Source: a virus. Taken from it: a DNA stretch of 64,000 bases. Shown piece by piece: positions 37,184 to 45,648 of this stretch. The first letter of the stretch is position 1. Every line of letters begins with the position of its first letter. The notes under the pieces are model-generated. The model searched no databases. It worked only from the letters and a program-made list of their open reading frames with translations, and had not been told where the DNA came from. The translations under genes were made by a program, and so were the position numbers. The stretch is from the IMG/VR virus record IMGVR_UViG_2847048067_000002; one strand, 5' to 3'.

Positions 37184-37337
37184 ATATTATCTAGAGAGAT
37201 TATACATGTTTTGTTACTTTATTATATAAGTAAAGAGATTACATGAATAACTTAAACTTATTAAGTGCTATTTAAAATAGGAGGTAAAATATTTTATAAA
37301 TACACTATTGTTTTTAATATAATACTAAAGTCTAATT

Positions 37338-37595
37338 ATGGTTCCTTTTAGGTTAAGATATGCCCGTAAAATGGCAAAATTAACTCAGACAAGATTAGGT
37401 ACTCTGGCCGGAATGGATGTAGCTAGTGCTCGTTCAAGAATTTCGCAATACGAGTCTGGACTACATAAACCAAGTTTCGAAGTTGTGTGTAAACTAGCCA
37501 AAATACTTAACTTGCCTGAATGTTATTTTTATACCGTTAATGATTGTTTAGCAGAAGATATAATGAAATTATATCGTGAAAAATATAATAAGTAA
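37338..37595 (+). CDS. XRE-family HTH regulator (tandem paralog)
   Basis: RLRYARK..LTQTRLGTLAGMD..RISQYESG..PECYFY. Confidence 0.85.
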   Translation: MVPFRLRYARKMAKLTQTRLGTLAGMDVASARSRISQYESGLHKPSFEVVCKLAKILNLPECYFYTVNDCLAEDIMKLYREKYNK

Positions 37596-37600
37596 TAAGC

Positions 37601-37873
37601 TTATAATTCATCTTTATTATTTATATTTTTATGTCTTAATTTACGAATAATTTGATTTCCTTTTTCATCAAAGTACCGTTCAGGCCATATTGTTGATGGA
37701 GGTATATCAAGTTCTTTAGCAATAATTTGCTCTCCTTTTGGCCATGGACGGGACAACGCGTTAGATAGAGTCGATGAGCTTAAACCTGCAGCTCTGGAAA
37801 CTTCTGCTAGTGTTGTCCCTTTTTTCTTTAAAGAAGCAATAATATCAGCCGGATGCCAGTTTTTATTAATCAT
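37601..37873 (-). CDS. Ner/Nlp (SfsB)-family DNA-binding protein
   Basis: WHPADIIASLKKKGTTLAEVSR..LSNALSRPWPKGE..IWPERY. Confidence 0.92.
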   Translation of the reverse strand: MINKNWHPADIIASLKKKGTTLAEVSRAAGLSSSTLSNALSRPWPKGEQIIAKELDIPPSTIWPERYFDEKGNQIIRKLRHKNINNKDEL

Positions 37874-38178
37874 AAGATATCCATATAGATTGGTTTAAAG
37901 TATATTGATGAAAGTAAAATGTTAATATATCGGTTAACATTTTTCATTTTAAATAATTGTTATATTTTTTAAATGAAGTAATTCCTATTTTTAAATGTAA
38001 CCGGTTAGTATTTTTATTTATAAAATATATTAAATATATAAATTAATATTTTTGTTTTTACAATTATCAGCAGGGTTATTTATTTAAAAATAATCTGACA
38101 AAAAAGACTTGCTGTTTATATGATGACGAGTTACACCTTTATATATATTCATATTTCTACACTAAAGGGTAAAATGTC

Positions 38179-38385
38179 ATGATAAAACAGAACGATATGA
38201 CAATTCAGGCGTATGATATATTAGAAATGATATCCCAATATACGGGGAATAATATAATAGAAATCGTTACTAAAACACAACTAAGTTATGAAAGTTGTGA
38301 GTTTTTACTTACACAATTAGAAATGGCGGGTTTTATTTTAAAGCATGGCGAGTTTTATAAAAGAACAACTAAGAGGGTTAATTAA
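38179..38385 (+). CDS. Small winged-helix-like phage protein
   Basis: AAGGG RBS; CEFLLTQLEMAGFI wHTH-like pattern. Confidence 0.6.
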   Translation: MIKQNDMTIQAYDILEMISQYTGNNIIEIVTKTQLSYESCEFLLTQLEMAGFILKHGEFYKRTTKRVN

Positions 38386-38686
38386 TTATTGCATACCATC
38401 AAAAAAAGATTGATGGTAATTTTTCCGACATAAAAGATAAGGTATATGTGATGAGATAGTGAAGAGAATAGTTACATCTGCTAGATGAAATGGTAGTGGA
38501 TTTTTTATGGTGAAAATATTACTGTTGCTGAGGTTTACGAAGATAGGGTTAAGATTGAAAAAATGCCTAATAGATAGTTATATAAAATAAATAGGCCAAT
38601 TTCCCCTCTACTTTTTATATTAATGAAAGTTAAAGGCTAGGGACTAATAGTTTCTGGCTTTTTTATTATTTAGATAAAGGATATTG

Positions 38687-39709
38687 ATGCAATTATACAA
38701 TAATGATGCATTAGCTATATTAAAAACATTACCTGACAATTATATTGATTTAATCGCTACGGATCCACCGTATTTCAGAGTGAAATCGTGTGCATGGGAT
38801 AACCAGTGGGATAATGTTGAGGCATATCTGTCTTGGCTTGATGAGGTACTAGTTGAATTCTGGCGAGTATTAAAACCCAATGGTAGTTTATATTTATTCT
38901 GTGGTTCTAAATTGGCATCAGATACTGAACTGCTTGTTCGCGGGCGATTTAATGTATTAAGCCATATTATTTGGGCTAAACCATCTGGGCCATGGAAAAA
39001 ACAAAATAAGGAAAGCCTACGCACCTTTTTTCCTTCAACAGAGCGGATACTCTTTGCTGAACATTATCAAAAGCCAATCACCGCTAAAGGTTCTGAATTT
39101 TCTTTAAAATGCCAGGAGTTAAAGCAAAACGTATTTAAGCCCCTGATTGATTATTTTAGAAATGCTCGTTTAGCACTACAAGTGAGTTCTAAGGAGATAA
39201 ATCAAGCAACAGGTAAGCAAATGTGCAGTCATTGGTTCAGCAATAGTCAGTGGCAATTATCTAGCGAGGAAGACTATAAAAAGTTACAAACACTGTTTAC
39301 ACACATTGCTGATAAACACGAAAAACTATCACCGTTATCCCGCCAGTTTACAGAGTTAGAGCGTGAGCAGGTTACATTACAAAAAGACTACCAAGAATTA
39401 ATAAAAGAATATGGGTTATTAAGACGACCATTCTTTGTAACTGTAGATGTACCTTATACTGATGTGTGGGATTATCCACCTGTTCAGTATTATCACGGTA
39501 AACACCCTTGTGAGAAACCATCAGCCATGATGGAACACATTATTCGCTCAAGTAGTCGCGAAGGGGAGCTAGTCGCTGATTTCTTTATGGGATCAGGAGC
39601 AACACTGAAAGCAGCACTAAAACTTAATCGAAAGGTTTTAGGTGTTGAGCTTGAGAGAGAGCGGTTTGAGCAAACCGAACAAGAAATAAAAGCGCTAACT
39701 TGTAAGTAA
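38687..39709 (+). CDS. Orphan DNA N6-adenine/N4-cytosine methyltransferase (beta class)
   Basis: Catalytic DPPY near N-terminus, HPCEKP and SAM-binding DFFMGSG near C-terminus. Confidence 0.93.
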   Translation: MQLYNNDALAILKTLPDNYIDLIATDPPYFRVKSCAWDNQWDNVEAYLSWLDEVLVEFWRVLKPNGSLYLFCGSKLASDTELLVRGRFNVLSHIIWAKPSGPWKKQNKESLRTFFPSTERILFAEHYQKPITAKGSEFSLKCQELKQNVFKPLIDYFRNARLALQVSSKEINQATGKQMCSHWFSNSQWQLSSEEDYKKLQTLFTHIADKHEKLSPLSRQFTELEREQVTLQKDYQELIKEYGLLRRPFFVTVDVPYTDVWDYPPVQYYHGKHPCEKPSAMMEHIIRSSSREGELVADFFMGSGATLKAALKLNRKVLGVELERERFEQTEQEIKALTCK

Positions 39710-39914
39710 CTATTATAAGTTTTCATTTTAATATTACTTAGATATCACTAATACCTTCGATGTGTGATTTAGTAAAAAGAATTGAATTACTGAAAAATAG
39801 TTTTTTGGTAAAAAATTAACAACAATTTACTATCTTTTAAATAGATACTATCAATTTGACAAAATAGTTTGTAATTAATTTCTTATTATACTCCACAAAA
39901 TCAATTTATATTGA

Positions 39915-39943
39915 TTGCTTGAATACAACTACTTTTATAGAAT
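39915..39943 (+). promoter_or_regulatory. Sigma70 promoter of the three-gene moron
   Basis: TTGCTT-17-TAGAAT about 40 bp before the GAGGA RBS/ATG 39983. Confidence 0.55.
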
Positions 39944-39982
39944 TCATAAAATTTTTTTGTGATTTGTCTTGAGGACGTTGTA

Positions 39983-40870
39983 ATGCAAGAGAGTAATAGC
40001 ATAGCTTCATTGGAAGTTGAGCGTTTTAGTGTTTCTTATGATGCAGATGATGATGAACTATCTATTCATAAAATGGATGCATTCTATCTTGGGCAAGCTA
40101 TTCAGCAGGTTGCAACAATGGTTAAACAGGCAGGAAAAATCCTTAATGAGGAAGAGCCTGATGTTAAAGTGACAACTCCAGCAGCAGAAGGTTCTTTTAT
40201 TGTTGAATTTGCTGTTTATGCAGTTGCACACCCAAGAGAATTATTAACAACTTTAGGTTTTTTTGGGAGTGGTGCTTTAGCTGTTGCTCATCATATTCGT
40301 GATAAAAAAGTTATAAACATTAATACATCTGACGATAACGATGAGGCAGTGATCACAGTTGAATCAAGAGGCCGTACTGAAGAAGTTCGTTGTAATAAAA
40401 ATGAGGCTCTTTTGGCTACAGATTCTGTTATTAGAAAAAGCTACAATGAAATCATTACTCAGCCTTTATCTCAAAAGAATTCTCCTGTTTTTAAAGTCAT
40501 AGTAGATGGTAGAGATACACTTCGGTTAGATGGAAGTGAAAATATAGAATTCCCCCCTTTACCAAGAAAATCAATGACATTTGAAAATGTTGAACATGTT
40601 GATGCAACAGTTTCCTTGACTCAAGTAAATTTTACATCTGTTAGTGGATGGAAAATGATCTATCACGGAGAAGAATTCTCTGTAAAAATGGAAGATGCTA
40701 TATTTATGGAGAGGGTATTGAGTAATCAGCAATCTTTTGAAAAAGGCGATTTATTTAGTGTTAGGCTAAGAATAAAAACAATAGAAAAACCGGACTCAAG
40801 ACCTAGTGTTACATATGCTATCGAGTATGTTTATCGCCATTTAGCCGATGAAAGTAGGCGTATACAGTAG
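39983..40870 (+). CDS. Uncharacterised protein, possible C-terminal OB-like beta domain
   Basis: GAGGA RBS; EGSFIVEF then Gly-rich hydrophobic segment; C-terminal FEKGDLFSVRL...YAIEYV. Confidence 0.75.
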   Translation: MQESNSIASLEVERFSVSYDADDDELSIHKMDAFYLGQAIQQVATMVKQAGKILNEEEPDVKVTTPAAEGSFIVEFAVYAVAHPRELLTTLGFFGSGALAVAHHIRDKKVININTSDDNDEAVITVESRGRTEEVRCNKNEALLATDSVIRKSYNEIITQPLSQKNSPVFKVIVDGRDTLRLDGSENIEFPPLPRKSMTFENVEHVDATVSLTQVNFTSVSGWKMIYHGEEFSVKMEDAIFMERVLSNQQSFEKGDLFSVRLRIKTIEKPDSRPSVTYAIEYVYRHLADESRRIQ

Positions 40871-40882
40871 GTATATCAAATT

Positions 40883-41122
40883 ATGACAGATAAAATCATT
40901 CATATTGTTCAAGATGCTAGTTGGCTGGTACTGACTAGTATGTGTATGATATTAATTTATACTGTTGTCAGATGGGTATTAAGCACTTATTTTCCTCATA
41001 GATTTGTAATCATTAATCATTTCCATAATAACAAATTGGTTGTTAGTCATAAGATTGATTTAAAAAGTTCAGAGTTGCTTGTTAATCAGTTGAAAAACAA
41101 TAAAGAGGTGGCAAATGAGTGA
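40883..41122 (+). CDS. Uncharacterised single-TM protein
   Basis: One hydrophobic helix; 12 bp after the previous gene. Confidence 0.65.
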   Translation: MTDKIIHIVQDASWLVLTSMCMILIYTVVRWVLSTYFPHRFVIINHFHNNKLVVSHKIDLKSSELLVNQLKNNKEVANE

Positions 41123-41504
41123 TCGTTCGCCTCCTCAGGCTGGTGTTGGAGCTGGGAGCACAGTGACTACTTCTTTGATTGGTGTGTTCACAAGTATGAT
41201 TCCTCTTCTACCTGATGATTTACAAGAATCCTCAAGGTTGATAATCCCTTATATTTGTCCATTTTTAGGATGGGCTATGATATGGATTTACAATAGATAC
41301 GCAGTTCCACCAGGAATGGCGAGTGTTGAAGGAAAGCTTAAAAGGGATATCAAACAACTTAAAGAATGCTTGAACGACAGAAACTTGTCTGATGAAGAAA
41401 AAGCCTCATTTAAAGACGATTATATTGAAACTAAAAAAAAGCTAGCTAGGCTTGGTCGTGATTATAGCGATGGAGTTTATTCTAGAGCAAATGAATCAAC
41501 ATAA
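41115..41504 (+). CDS. Uncharacterised two-TM protein with charged helical tail
   Basis: GAGGTGG RBS, 8-nt overlap with upstream gene, two hydrophobic segments. Confidence 0.7.
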   Translation: MSDRSPPQAGVGAGSTVTTSLIGVFTSMIPLLPDDLQESSRLIIPYICPFLGWAMIWIYNRYAVPPGMASVEGKLKRDIKQLKECLNDRNLSDEEKASFKDDYIETKKKLARLGRDYSDGVYSRANEST

Positions 41505-41524
41505 TTAATAGATAATTAAATTTC

Positions 41525-41616
41525 AAAGGTCGCCTAGTGCGGCCTTTTTTCGTATATGCCGACCACAGAACAATTACCTTTGTTATCAAGTTCACTCAAG
41601 AGCTGTGAGTCTGCAT
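41525..41616 (+). repeat. Terminator plus conserved hairpin element, copy 2
   Basis: Homologous to 2013-2104; here it directly precedes the holin. Confidence 0.8.
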
Positions 41617-41654
41617 CCCTTTAATTAAACTCGGACACTCCGTAGGGGGTGTAT

Positions 41655-41924
41655 ATGCGCATGGACAAATTAACCAATGCTACCTACGGAACAGCTGGCT
41701 TAACTGCCTTTTTTGCAAGTCTCTCATTGTATGAATGGGGCTTTGTAATAGGGATGGGATTTAGCATGCTTCTTGGATTAGCAACTTATCTGATGACACA
41801 GCGAGAACAACGGAAACGAACAGCGTTATTTGCTGAATTAGTTCATCGAAATTGTTCTAGTGATCCGCAAGACATAGAAAAGATAGTCGGTGAGATGCTG
41901 ACTAAAGCTAAAAAGGACATGTAA
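41655..41924 (+). CDS. Class II holin with Met-Arg-Met dual start
   Basis: Paralog of 5357-5626. Confidence 0.85.
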   Translation: MRMDKLTNATYGTAGLTAFFASLSLYEWGFVIGMGFSMLLGLATYLMTQREQRKRTALFAELVHRNCSSDPQDIEKIVGEMLTKAKKDM

Positions 41925-42394
41925 TGAACTTAAAGCAAAAAGTCACTGCAGTTGCGAGTGCTGGCGCTGTAAGTATTGCATTAACAGTGATTGGTTATTT
42001 TGAGGGCGTGCGTTATGAACCTTACCGCGATGTTGCTGGAATTCTGACGGTTTGTTATGGCCATACTGGAAACGACATCATTCAAGGTAAGACTTATACA
42101 CAACAAGAGTGTGACGAATTACTGCAGAAAGACTTTATCAGAACGCAACAGCAAGTTGATATCCTGGTTAAAGTGCCGGTCGATGATAAAACAAAAGCTG
42201 CTCTATATTCCTTTGCTTTTAATGTCGGTACCACAGCCTTTGCGCGTTCTACGTTGCTAAAGAAATTAAACGCAGGCGATCAGTATGGCGCTTGTGAAGA
42301 AATGAAACGCTGGGTTTATGCAGGCGGAAAGGTTTGGCGAGGGCTAGTCAGTCGTAGAGATGCGGAGTCAGCACTATGTCATGGAAACCTTTAA
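41924..42394 (+). CDS. SAR endolysin
   Basis: Paralog of 5626-6096; EGVRYEPYRDVAGILT. Confidence 0.93.
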   Translation: MNLKQKVTAVASAGAVSIALTVIGYFEGVRYEPYRDVAGILTVCYGHTGNDIIQGKTYTQQECDELLQKDFIRTQQQVDILVKVPVDDKTKAALYSFAFNVGTTAFARSTLLKKLNAGDQYGACEEMKRWVYAGGKVWRGLVSRRDAESALCHGNL

Positions 42395-42534
42395 TTATCG
42401 TTATCAGCTTTATCCTTGGATTACTCATCACAGTTGCTGGTGGCATTTATCTCTCAATTGATCATTCATGTGTTAACGACAAAGCCAGTTTAGAAAAGCG
42501 CTGTCAGATAGCTCTCTCACATCATCGGTACTAA
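42376..42534 (+). CDS. Unannotated 52-aa single-TM protein in the lysis cassette
   Basis: MSWKPLIIVISFILGLLITVAGGIYLSIDHSCVNDKASLEKRCQIALSHHRY; paralog of 6078-6236. Confidence 0.75.
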   Translation: MSWKPLIIVISFILGLLITVAGGIYLSIDHSCVNDKASLEKRCQIALSHHRY

Positions 42535-42536
42535 TT

Positions 42537-42998
42537 ATGAAGCATTGGAAACTTTACATTGTCATTATGATAGTGGGGATTGTTGCTGGTGGTTGCGTGC
42601 TGATTAATGCACAGGCGAAAAGAATTAACGCACTGACAGAAAACAACAAAGAACTTACAGTCACGCTCGAAGAGCAGAAAGCTATCAATACTGACTATCA
42701 AGCACGCATAGAGCGACTAAATCAACTTGATACAAGGCACACACAGGAGCTTGTTAATGCAAAGAATGAAATTAGTCGCTTGCGTGATATTAGTGAGCGT
42801 AATCCTAAGCGGGTGTATATCAAAGCCGAGTGTCCAAAGAGCATCAGTAATCCCACCACCAGCATGGATGATGCAACCACCGCCAGACCTACTGACACCG
42901 CTATCAGAAATTATTGGTTACTCAGAGAGCGAATTGCACAGACAGAGCAAATGATATTAGGGTTACAAGATTACATTAAAACAGAGTGTGTGCAATGA
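42537..42998 (+). CDS. Rz: Inner-membrane spanin
   Basis: Paralog of 6239-6700. Confidence 0.92.
   Translation: MKHWKLYIVIMIVGIVAGGCVLINAQAKRINALTENNKELTVTLEEQKAINTDYQARIERLNQLDTRHTQELVNAKNEISRLRDISERNPKRVYIKAECPKSISNPTTSMDDATTARPTDTAIRNYWLLRERIAQTEQMILGLQDYIKTECVQ
42757..42954 (+). CDS. Rz1: Embedded outer-membrane spanin
   Basis: Lipobox ILSGC, PPPAWMMQPPP. Confidence 0.88.
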   Translation: MQRMKLVACVILVSVILSGCISKPSVQRASVIPPPAWMMQPPPDLLTPLSEIIGYSESELHRQSK

Positions 42999-43237
42999 AG
43001 CATGTAACACAACAAAAAGACAGCTATAATTTATGAAATTGATTTTTGAATATAATACTCTCTTCATTGCCAGAATAAGCCTTTTAGGCGCAAGAAACTC
43101 TTTATTAGATGACAGAATCAAATGGTTGCTTTACTTTGTGTAAGTAATTAAGCATTAAAAGTCATAAGTAATTATTAACTTGAATGATTGCTATGTTAGT
43201 ATATTAAGAATGAATAATTAGATGCGAGTTTAATCGT

Positions 43238-43813
43238 GTGACTGACCAACAATTTAAGTTAGCTACAGAGCTTGTTTTGTCAGCAACATCTGAAACATTA
43301 ACTAAATTGAGTCTAAAGCTTAATTTAAATTTTCTTACTGACGAGCAACGGTTAGCTATTGAATTAACATCAGGAGTAGTTCTCGATTGGGAGTCGTGGT
43401 TTGTTGAATACGAAAAAAAGGTAGAAAAGCTATTCTCTATTGCTATTACTTCCCCGGGGAAACCACCTGTTGTGATAGGAGCAGCAGTATACTCTTATGA
43501 TATTAATAATGGGGTTGTTTCAATACACATGCTTGAACATTTTGCCAATGTAATAAAACACACTGACTTGAATGATAGAATGGGATTTATTGCCTTCACA
43601 ATGGCATGTACATTTGCAAAAACAGTCGATGCGAAAAAGATAAGAATAGCAAACCCACTAAAGTCGGTGTATGATTATTATACACACTGGGGGTTTTCAA
43701 TGGATAATAAGGACAGTTGTTTCTATTGTGAACGCGATAGTTTATTAGATAAACTAGGCATTCTCAGTAGAGAGTATAATGGAACTCATGATTACGAATA
43801 CATTGATGACTAG
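43238..43813 (+). CDS. GNAT-fold-like protein (moron)
   Basis: IGAAVY..VSIHMLEHF..RMG..IRIANP...DYYTHWGF resembles GNAT motifs A/B. Confidence 0.6.
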   Translation: MTDQQFKLATELVLSATSETLTKLSLKLNLNFLTDEQRLAIELTSGVVLDWESWFVEYEKKVEKLFSIAITSPGKPPVVIGAAVYSYDINNGVVSIHMLEHFANVIKHTDLNDRMGFIAFTMACTFAKTVDAKKIRIANPLKSVYDYYTHWGFSMDNKDSCFYCERDSLLDKLGILSREYNGTHDYEYIDD

Positions 43814-43879
43814 TAGTTTATCTTATATGACTAATATATTTCTTCCTTTTATAACCCTCAATTATGGAGGTTATTTAAT

Positions 43880-44158
43880 ATGAGAACTTCTAGAGAAATC
43901 CTTTTAGATATGCCTGATGATATGAGAAAAAGAGCGGAAGAAGCTCTCTCATACCTAGATAATATATGTGATGCATATGACAGCTATAAAAAACCACCTA
44001 CCGCAATAGTTGGTTTGGATAGTTATTCTCATTGTGATGATGTTTTATATTTGTGTGAAAGCGATTCAAATGTAACGATAGAGAGTGAAGACGGTTGCGC
44101 AATAGAGAGTGATTCTGAACTTGCTGAAATAAAAGAGAATTACTTGATATATAGATAA
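43880..44158 (+). CDS. Small very acidic hypothetical protein
   Basis: GGAGG RBS; Asp/Glu-rich; terminator CCACC-TTAG-GGTGG plus T-run at about 44206-44228. Confidence 0.65.
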   Translation: MRTSREILLDMPDDMRKRAEEALSYLDNICDAYDSYKKPPTAIVGLDSYSHCDDVLYLCESDSNVTIESEDGCAIESDSELAEIKENYLIYR

Positions 44159-44278
44159 TATTTTTATTTTAAAAGCAGGTGAATTACTTACGTCTTAACT
44201 ACATATCCACCTTAGGGTGGTTTTTTTATATATAAAAATGGAAAAATTAAGTTAATAAACTATTTATTTCAAATTCAA

Positions 44279-44440
44279 AAGGTACTCCCAGCGGGGTACC
44301 CTCTCCACGGGGCGACGCGCACGCGGGAAACGGCGCATTTTTCAATTTTTATCGGTCGTCACCACCAGTGTAATTATTTGATAAATATATGTTAAAAAAA
44401 TAACAGTGATGAAATTTTTTGTTTTTTATTCATCACTAAC
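44279..44440. other. Lambda-type cos (cosQ-cosN-cosB)
   Basis: ACG-GGGCGACGCGCA-CGCGGG at 44307-44327 aligns with lambda cosN; IHF match near 44371-44383; AGTGATGAA/TTCATCACT inverted repeat. Confidence 0.75.
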
Positions 44441-44528
44441 TCAAGCTTTTAACTCTCACTTTTATTGTTTTACATCTCATTTCACTGCGCATTCACAGCG
44501 CAATCACTAAAACGTCGGATCCAATCAC

Positions 44529-44613
44529 TTTGATATGAGCCTTCGAGGAAGTCAGTTATGGCTGGCGAGCTTCGACGGGCTGATTTTCTATGTGAACGAG
44601 GGTTCATTTCAAA
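44529..44613 (+). ncRNA. Long G-U-rich hairpin in the leader of the KilA-N gene
   Basis: TTTGA-T-ATGAGCCTTCG pairs with CGAGGGTTCAT-T-TCAAA; inner AGGAAGTCAGTT pairs with GGCTGATTTTCT. Confidence 0.4.
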
Positions 44614-44628
44614 TGTAGGAAATACGTT

Positions 44629-45141
44629 ATGCAATATCCAAGAGTCAGTATTAATGGTGTATCTGTCCGTGTTGATAGTGAGGGTAGATATAACTTAAAT
44701 GATCTGCATGCGGCTGCTGTTGCGGATGGTAAAGCAACGGAATCACAAAGACCCGGTGCATTTTTGAAGAGTCGTCAAGTAAAGCGGTTTGTTCAAGCTT
44801 TAAGCGATGCAACAAAAAGTGCATCGGTTAAAGTGATTAAAGGTGGACTTAATCAGGGAACTTGGGCTTTAGAGTTAGTTGTTATTCGGTATGCAGCTTG
44901 GTTAAAGCCTGAGTTTGAAATTCTTGTCTACAACACGTTTAAAGATGCGACGAGAAAAGGTTTAGATGTTATGTCTAAATTGAACAAGCTAGATCATGTC
45001 ATTAATGCGGAAACTAAAAATGTCAGTCACTGTGCAAGGACAATGGCTAATTGGGGAGTTGGTGGTAGAAAACAATTACTGCTAATGGCAAGAGAGCGAA
45101 TTATTAATGAAGCTCAAATCTATCTTCCGGGAGTGGAATAA
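44629..45141 (+). CDS. KilA-N domain protein
   Basis: VRVDSEGRYNLNDLH..GGLNQGTW..YAAWLKPEFEILVY. Confidence 0.9.
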   Translation: MQYPRVSINGVSVRVDSEGRYNLNDLHAAAVADGKATESQRPGAFLKSRQVKRFVQALSDATKSASVKVIKGGLNQGTWALELVVIRYAAWLKPEFEILVYNTFKDATRKGLDVMSKLNKLDHVINAETKNVSHCARTMANWGVGGRKQLLLMARERIINEAQIYLPGVE

Positions 45142-45153
45142 AACAAATGAAAT

Positions 45154-45648
45154 ATGGACAAAGAACTCAAACACTTAAAGCTCAATATCAGCCAGATAGC
45201 AGCACTTTCTGGCGTCCATCGACAAACAGCTTCCGCCCGTCTTAACCATTTAGAGCCTGTTGCGGGCAATAGTTCAAATCTAAAACTCTACGCACTCACT
45301 GATATTTTATCTGAAATGATGAAGGCGCCAGCCCCTGTCGAAAATCAGGAAATGCTACCTCAAGATCGGAAGGCATGGTATCAGTCTGAGCGGGAGCGTT
45401 TGAAGTTTGAACAAGAAGTGGGGGAGTTATTGCCTGCCTCAGAGGTTGCACGAGAATATTCAGCACTGGCTAAAGCGATGGTGCAAGTGTTAGAAACGCT
45501 ACCTGACATATTAGAACGTGATTGCGCGTTAACACCGACAGCTGTATCTCGCGTACAAGGTATTATTGATGATCTCCGCGACCAGATAGCACATCAAGTT
45601 TTAAGTGATAAGTCGGATGATGAAGAGAGCGATGAGGATGAGTTATGA
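45154..45648 (+). CDS. Terminase small subunit (DUF1441-like)
   Basis: N-terminal HTH LNISQIAALSGVHRQT; DRKAWYQSE; LETLPDILERD. Confidence 0.85.
   Translation: MDKELKHLKLNISQIAALSGVHRQTASARLNHLEPVAGNSSNLKLYALTDILSEMMKAPAPVENQEMLPQDRKAWYQSERERLKFEQEVGELLPASEVAREYSALAKAMVQVLETLPDILERDCALTPTAVSRVQGIIDDLRDQIAHQVLSDKSDDEESDEDEL

Noticed and set aside
38440..38578. Possible SymE/AbrB-like gene remnant (FYGENITVAEVYEDRVKIEK)
   Set aside because: Short, interrupted by stops, similarity only impressionistic
8171..44327. Cos-to-cos 36-kb interval as a packageable hybrid genome
   Set aside because: The two cos sites belong to different terminase families, so joint cleavage is unlikely
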